From Candidatus Nanopelagicales bacterium (GTDB lineage: Bacteria; Actinomycetota; Actinomycetes; S36-B12), in the NCBI GenBank assembly GCA_018402235.1, contig JAGYJJ010000002.1:92069-156068 (forward strand): a stretch of 64,000 nt of DNA. Reading direction: 5' to 3'. Each line of letters begins with the position of its first letter. Positions within the stretch are counted from its first letter, which is position 1. The notes under the pieces are model-generated. The model worked only from the letters and a program-made list of their open reading frames with translations. It was not told the DNA's origin and made no database searches. Position numbers and translations under genes: made by a program. Below, in pieces: positions 59,250-64,000 of the stretch.

Positions 59250-59933
59250 TTAGTGGCCAACCACTTGCTCGATTACCTCGAAGAGATCTGCGCCCATAAC
59301 ATCCGGCTGTTCGAAGCTCTCGTCGAATACACCTTCCAGCCGTGATAACCACCCCGTTCGCATACCCACCGCAGACGCTCCCCCGATGTCCCAGGAATGC
59401 GCAGCGACCATCCAAGCGTCTGCCGGCTCGACATTGAGCACCTGACAAGCCATCAGGTACGGCTCTGGTGCCGGCTTCCAACGTTGCACCGTTTCGCAGG
59501 ACAGATGACGTTCCACGAGGCCCGCGATCCCTGCACGCTCGAACAATCGTTCAACGTTGTCGGCATTTCCCACACTCAACGTGACAACCGGTACTCCGGC
59601 CTCGCGCAGAGCACGCAACGCAGGTTCCACATCCGGGTGCGGCTGGAGATCGGCGAAACTACTCAGCAATGCATCCTGTTCCGCCACACCGATGCGCTTA
59701 GGGTCAAGCGACCGAAGCGACTCACGGGCAACTTCGGGAAATGACCGGTACTTACCCGAACACGTCAACGCAAAGCCAGAACGTAACGTCCGGGCGAACC
59801 ACAGATCACGATGCCCGGTGAGCCCAAGTTGATGAAAGAGGGGATCCAAGGTTTCGAGTGAGAACAGAGTCTCGTTGACATCGAGGACTACTGCCTGCGG
59901 TTTGACCATGGGAACGAGCGTAGAAGCCCCCAC
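59250..59933 (-). CDS. HAD-superfamily hydrolase (haloacid dehalogenase type II-like)
   Basis: Motif I VVLDVNETLF, WKPAPEPY and SWDIGGA are present. The stop lies 3 nt before the GMC start. The start may be the internal ATG (MVKPQAVV). Confidence 0.65.
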   Translation of the reverse strand: MGASTLVPMVKPQAVVLDVNETLFSLETLDPLFHQLGLTGHRDLWFARTLRSGFALTCSGKYRSFPEVARESLRSLDPKRIGVAEQDALLSSFADLQPHPDVEPALRALREAGVPVVTLSVGNADNVERLFERAGIAGLVERHLSCETVQRWKPAPEPYLMACQVLNVEPADAWMVAAHSWDIGGASAVGMRTGWLSRLEGVFDESFEQPDVMGADLFEVIEQVVGH

Positions 59934-59950
59934 TAGCGCACAATGGCGCT

Positions 59951-60445
59951 ATGGCTGATTCCGTAACATCGATCTACGACCTTTCCTTTACCTCCAACAC
60001 CGGCGAGGAAGTTCCTCTCAAGGAATTCGAGGGCAAACCCTTGCTCATCGTGAACACCGCCAGCAAGTGCGGCTTCACGCCCCAATACAAAGGTCTTCAG
60101 GAAATCTACGAGGAACTCGGCCCCGACCTCGTTGTTATCGGCTTCCCTTGTGATCAGTTCGCCCATCAAGAACCGGGCGATGACGATCAGATCAAGGAGT
60201 TCTGCGAAATCAACTACGGCGTGACCTTCCCGCTGTCAACAAAAGTGGACGTGAACGGGTCGAAGACCGATCCGGTATTCGCGTTCCTCAAGGAGCGAGC
60301 CGGCGGTCTTCTCGGATCGGCGATCAAGTGGAATTTCACCAAGTTCCTCGTGTCACCGGACGGCACCACCGTCAAGCGCTACGCGCCCAAGACCGATCCG
60401 CAAATGGTGAAGATGGATGCTGAGGACATGCTCGGCCACAACTGA
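59951..60445 (+). CDS. glutathione peroxidase family protein (Cys-type, 164 aa)
   Basis: NTASKCGFTPQY, GFPCDQF and WNFTKFLV are present. Confidence 0.9.
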   Translation: MADSVTSIYDLSFTSNTGEEVPLKEFEGKPLLIVNTASKCGFTPQYKGLQEIYEELGPDLVVIGFPCDQFAHQEPGDDDQIKEFCEINYGVTFPLSTKVDVNGSKTDPVFAFLKERAGGLLGSAIKWNFTKFLVSPDGTTVKRYAPKTDPQMVKMDAEDMLGHN

Positions 60446-60448
60446 TCA

Positions 60449-60464
60449 CCCGTGCCAGCACGGG
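60449..60464 (+). terminator. short hairpin after the peroxidase gene (weak terminator candidate)
   Basis: CCCGTG-CCAG-CACGGG followed by TAAAT. Confidence 0.3.
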
Positions 60465-60515
60465 TAAATGCCGAGAAACCTTCCTAATTGGCCAAATCCG
60501 TGCTTACCTCAGCGC

Positions 60516-61562
60516 GTGCGCCTTCGCTTACCTGTCACTCGGTGGAGCGTCGCCGTTGCCGCCGGCGCCCTCGTCATGTCGATCCCAGCCGTGGCTGCAG
60601 AGACCGACGTTGAACTCTCGGGTTCGGACGCAGCGCGCGAGACGCCGACGGTGTCGATACCGGTTCGCACCGTCACCAGCCCTGGCCGAGATGGCGAGAA
60701 CGGCACGATTCTCATGCGTGTAGGAAGGTCAGCGCCGATTCGTGTCATCGTCGATACCGGGTTCTCAGGTTTGATCGTCTTTCCAGGCGCCTGGGATAGA
60801 CGTCCCGCAGATGTTCGTCAGTCAACTACTCAAGTCTCCATTCGCCCCGCGAGCCTGGGACGGGTGCGCGGCGTCAGGGGTTCGGCACCTATGACCTTCA
60901 ACGGCGTGACAACCACCGTGGACATCCCGTTTGTGGCCGCTACCAACTCCAATGCGTACATCCGCCAGTGGACCAATCAAGGCGTCTACGGACTCTTGGG
61001 GGTCGGCACGAAAGGCGCCGGACTCGTCAACCCGCTCTCTGCCCTGCCCGGAGTGCTCGGGCTGCGCTGGAGCATCCACTTCCAGCGGACTGTGGGTGAT
61101 CGAAGGGGTCGCCCCGGTGAGATCGTCCTAGGAGCAGATCCACCGTTGGAGTCGACTATGGCACTGAACATGCCCTACCTCGGGCAGAACGTGAACGGTG
61201 CAGCCTTATGGGACGACCACGCAACACCCGGTTGCTGGCGCTTCGGCCCGCGCCCTGAGGTGTGCCTTCCCACTCAGCTCGATTCTGCCTTCAACATCAC
61301 GCGAGTGAAGGGAGCCCGATTCCGTTCGCTTCCCACAAATAGCGACGACATCCTGCGATCGGGAACGCTCGTAAGGTGGGCCGAACCCGGATCTGCTTTC
61401 ACCGGCATCCGCTACCGGGCCGGCAATCGGGCATCGGTCAATCTCACTCGAGTGATCCCGCGGGGTAAAGGTCAGATCATCGTCGGCAACGACTTGTACT
61501 TCGAGAACGTGGTGACGTACAACACCGTGCTCGGCAAGGTCTACATCAGTGATCCGCGCTAG
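60516..61562 (+). CDS. secreted hypothetical protein with a pepsin-like two-motif arrangement (DTG ... DSA)
   Basis: The signal-like N-terminus VRLRLPVTRWSVAVAAGALVMSIPAVAAE is present. VIVDTGFSGLIVF and, about 175 residues later, QLDSAFNIT are spaced like the two catalytic loops of bilobal aspartic proteases. The start is uncertain (track ATG 60468). Confidence 0.4.
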   Translation: MRLRLPVTRWSVAVAAGALVMSIPAVAAETDVELSGSDAARETPTVSIPVRTVTSPGRDGENGTILMRVGRSAPIRVIVDTGFSGLIVFPGAWDRRPADVRQSTTQVSIRPASLGRVRGVRGSAPMTFNGVTTTVDIPFVAATNSNAYIRQWTNQGVYGLLGVGTKGAGLVNPLSALPGVLGLRWSIHFQRTVGDRRGRPGEIVLGADPPLESTMALNMPYLGQNVNGAALWDDHATPGCWRFGPRPEVCLPTQLDSAFNITRVKGARFRSLPTNSDDILRSGTLVRWAEPGSAFTGIRYRAGNRASVNLTRVIPRGKGQIIVGNDLYFENVVTYNTVLGKVYISDPR

Positions 61563-61583
61563 GCAAACAAGAAAGGGAATGTG

Positions 61584-63554
61584 ATGACCGACATGCCTGA
61601 GATCAGCCGCAGGCGGCTCATCCAAGCGGCGGGTGTCGCTGGGATCGCTGCAGCAGGGGCAGCGGCAGCCTCTAGCGCTCCCGCGCTCGCCCAGCAGCCG
61701 TTCCGGCCACGCGGACGTCTAGGCCGGCGGCCGAACTTTCTGATCATCATGGTCGATGAACAGCGCACAGCGCCCTCGTACGAATCTGCAGCCCTACGAG
61801 CGTGGCGCGCAGCCAACCTGCCAGCCCAGCGCCTCATCCGCAGCCAGGGCTTCGACTTCACCGAACACCACATCATGTCCGCCGCGTGCCAACCGAGCCG
61901 AGCCTCGATTTACACCGGTCAGTATCCGTCACTGCACGGTGTCTCCCAGACGTCCGGCGCAGCCAAGAGCGCCATCGAAGAAGACCTCTACTGGCTCGAG
62001 CCCGGCACCGTGCCCACTCTGGGCAACTACTTCCGTACGGCCGGCTACGACACCTACTGGAAAGGCAAGTGGCACGTTTCCGACGCCGATCTCTACCAAC
62101 CCGGCTCGTACAACCCCATGCCGTCGTACACCGATGTCGGTGCGCGAGACCGCTACCTCGAGGACATCTATCTCGAGGCCGAGATGCTGGATAACTTTGG
62201 CTTCAGTGGCTTCGTCGGCCCTGAGCCACATGGAAGCAACCCTTTGAATTCGGGCTCCTCAGCATGGTTCGGCCGCGGCCGTGACAAGGTCTACGCCGAG
62301 ATGAGCGTGGAGCAACTGCAGCGACTTCAGAGCTCCGAAAAGCCGTGGTTGATGGTCGCTTCGTTCGTCAACCCGCACGACATCACTACTTGGGGCCGTT
62401 TCACTTTGGCGGCATCGGTCGCGGCGCAAGCCCAGGGCACACGGAATGCGTTCTATTTGCCCCAGCAACTTGTCGGCTCCAACGTTCCGCGCGACCTGTT
62501 CACTCCAACCTACCGAGCCTCCGAAAACGAGGATCTCTCCAGCAAGCCGACAGCGCAGGCAAGTTTCGTTGAGCAGTATCAATTCGGCTTCCAGCCGCTG
62601 AACAATGACGAGCAGTACCACCGCTTCTACTACCAGCTCCAAAAGGAAGTGGACGGGCACATTGCGAGCGTCATGAACGCCCTGATGTCTAATCGTCGTC
62701 AGTACCGAGACACCATCGTCATCTACCTGTCAGATCACGGAGAAATGCTTGGTGCGCATGGTGGAATGTTCCAGAAGTGGCACAACGCGTACGACGAAGT
62801 CTTGCGAGTGCCCTTCGTCTTCCACAACCCTGAGTTGTTCCCCCGAGCACAAAGTTCCGATGTGCTCACCAGCCACGCCGACCTCATTCCCACGATGCTC
62901 GGTCTTGCTGGGATCGATGAATCCGCCATCGCGAAGGAATTGCGCAACACCCACACGCAGGTAAGGAAGCTTCCGGGCCGAGACCTCTCAGGCATCCTGC
63001 TCGGGGAAGATGATCCGTCAACCAAGCGTGAGCAGCCGGTCTACTACATGACCGACGACCAACCCTTCAAGGCGTCAAGCGCGATCTCGATCCTTGGCAT
63101 CGCCTACGAGCCAGTCAACCAGCCGAACTGCGTGGAGACCGTTGTCGCGTATTTGCCGAGTGGTGTTGGTGGGTCCATGGAGAAGTGGAAGTACTCGCGG
63201 TATTGGGACAACCCCCAATACTGGAGTACTCCAAACGTCCAGGACGTTCGCACCTTCGTCCCAGGTCAATACAACACCCCAGGCGAGCGCGTTGCCGTCA
63301 CCACGGTTAAGTCACTCAATCCGGCAGCGGGAGAAACCGCTCCCCCGCCGGATGAGTTCGAGTTGTACAACGTCACTCGTGACCCAGCGGAGTTAGTCAA
63401 TCTCTACGGAATCACCGAGCATCAGCCCCGGCTCCTTGTCCTCCAGTCACTCCTAGACGCCGAGCGCGCCGCCAAGAGACTCGAACCCACGTTCCAGCCG
63501 TGGGCCGATGGCACCGCCCAGCAACTCCCCGTTGGAAGCCCCACAGCGAGTTAG
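61584..63554 (+). CDS. Tat-exported type I (Cys-type) sulfatase (~656 aa)
   Basis: RBS GAAAGGGA precedes the start. The twin-arginine signal [29 protein letters not shown] and the formylglycine motif CQPSRASIYTG are present, along with LSDHGEMLG. Confidence 0.85.
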   Translation: MTDMPEISRRRLIQAAGVAGIAAAGAAAASSAPALAQQPFRPRGRLGRRPNFLIIMVDEQRTAPSYESAALRAWRAANLPAQRLIRSQGFDFTEHHIMSAACQPSRASIYTGQYPSLHGVSQTSGAAKSAIEEDLYWLEPGTVPTLGNYFRTAGYDTYWKGKWHVSDADLYQPGSYNPMPSYTDVGARDRYLEDIYLEAEMLDNFGFSGFVGPEPHGSNPLNSGSSAWFGRGRDKVYAEMSVEQLQRLQSSEKPWLMVASFVNPHDITTWGRFTLAASVAAQAQGTRNAFYLPQQLVGSNVPRDLFTPTYRASENEDLSSKPTAQASFVEQYQFGFQPLNNDEQYHRFYYQLQKEVDGHIASVMNALMSNRRQYRDTIVIYLSDHGEMLGAHGGMFQKWHNAYDEVLRVPFVFHNPELFPRAQSSDVLTSHADLIPTMLGLAGIDESAIAKELRNTHTQVRKLPGRDLSGILLGEDDPSTKREQPVYYMTDDQPFKASSAISILGIAYEPVNQPNCVETVVAYLPSGVGGSMEKWKYSRYWDNPQYWSTPNVQDVRTFVPGQYNTPGERVAVTTVKSLNPAAGETAPPPDEFELYNVTRDPAELVNLYGITEHQPRLLVLQSLLDAERAAKRLEPTFQPWADGTAQQLPVGSPTAS

Positions 63555-63664
63555 CCGGCGGCTACCTCGACTCACACACTCGACCGTCGGGGACGTACAT
63601 CGGAGATTTGGAAGCAACAACTGACCGAAGTCAAGCCTGACACACTGGAGGTATGCGCCAGGCG

Positions 63665-64000
63665 ATGCGTGTCATTGTCGTCGAAGACGAGCCACTCTTC
63701 CGAGAGTTGCTGTGCACTGGATTGACCGTGGCCATGAACGATGTCGAAATCGTCGGCAGCTTCAGCTCCGCTGACGAAGCTCTCGCTGCCACGGATTGCT
63801 GGCCTGTGGATGTACTCCTCACCGATATCGATCTCGGTACGGGAGATGACGGCGTGGCACTCGGTTTGCGCGCTGCAACGGCGCACCTTGTCAAGGGCGT
63901 TGTCTTGCTCTCCAATTTCGCAATGCCAGCGGTCCTGGTCGACATTCCCAGCACGACACCCGTCGGCTGGGCTTATCTGCTCAAGACGAGCGTCTCCAAC
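63665..64000 (+). CDS. response regulator receiver domain (NarL/LuxR-type by context), 3' end beyond the window
   Basis: My translation gives MRVIVVEDEPLFRELLCTGL...VDVLLTDIDLGTGDDGVALGL...GVVLLSNF...GWAYLLKTSVSN. GGAGG lies about 12 nt upstream. It is absent from the ORF track because there is no stop in the window. Confidence 0.75.
   Translation, partial: MRVIVVEDEPLFRELLCTGLTVAMNDVEIVGSFSSADEALAATDCWPVDVLLTDIDLGTGDDGVALGLRAATAHLVKGVVLLSNFAMPAVLVDIPSTTPVGWAYLLKTSVSN

Overview
Gene-dense chromosomal window from a high-GC actinobacterium (Actinomycetota; GC judged by eye, not computed). Most of it is core metabolism and housekeeping. Gene order resembles two mycobacterial blocks as I recall them. 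Block 1 is ilvB, gatCAB, ligA, mnmA, iscS, etfBA, a methylglucose-lipopolysaccharide (MGLP)-like polysaccharide cluster and echA (Rv3003c-Rv3039c-like). Block 2 is a lipid kinase, whiB1, pdtaS, TB7.3, rshA/sigH, an SRAP peptidase, aroA and rsgA (Rv3218-Rv3228-like). After these come hisN, a CYP/EthD/AA_synth/fbiC operon, a rhodanese/persulfide-dioxygenase-like operon, xthA, a GMC oxidoreductase, a Tat-sulfatase and a partial response regulator. I saw no rRNA, tRNA, CRISPR, transposase, integrase, phage or recognisable defence genes. The points most worth a second look are these. (1) A cobalamin riboswitch with its own terminator controls a five-gene operon: a secreted alpha/alpha-toroid protein, a membrane-anchored secreted protein and a complete ECF transporter. 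This is a candidate corrinoid or cobalt capture and uptake system without a defined function as far as I know. (2) Two dihydroxy-acid dehydratase paralogues bracket a 5.5 kb sugar-acid-catabolism-like cassette, and both are followed by the same conserved non-coding 25-mer. (3) Eight or nine single-base frameshifts fall only in accessory genes (Gfo oxidoreductase x2, methyltransferase, echA, glgX x2, the anchored protein, GMC oxidoreductase, possibly the EcfA/EcfS junction). Every housekeeping gene is intact, so this is either genuine decay or assembly indels. (4) There are several perfect palindromes and tandem repeats at regulatory positions: a 26-bp palindrome filling a divergent intergenic gap, a 16-bp palindrome upstream of etfBA, a CsoR/CstR-type operator upstream of the sulfur operon, and a perfect 15-bp x5.4 intergenic tandem repeat. 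(5) There is an ilvB leader-peptide attenuator. All coordinates were derived by hand from the sequence and ORF track. No database search was possible, so family assignments rest on motif recognition.
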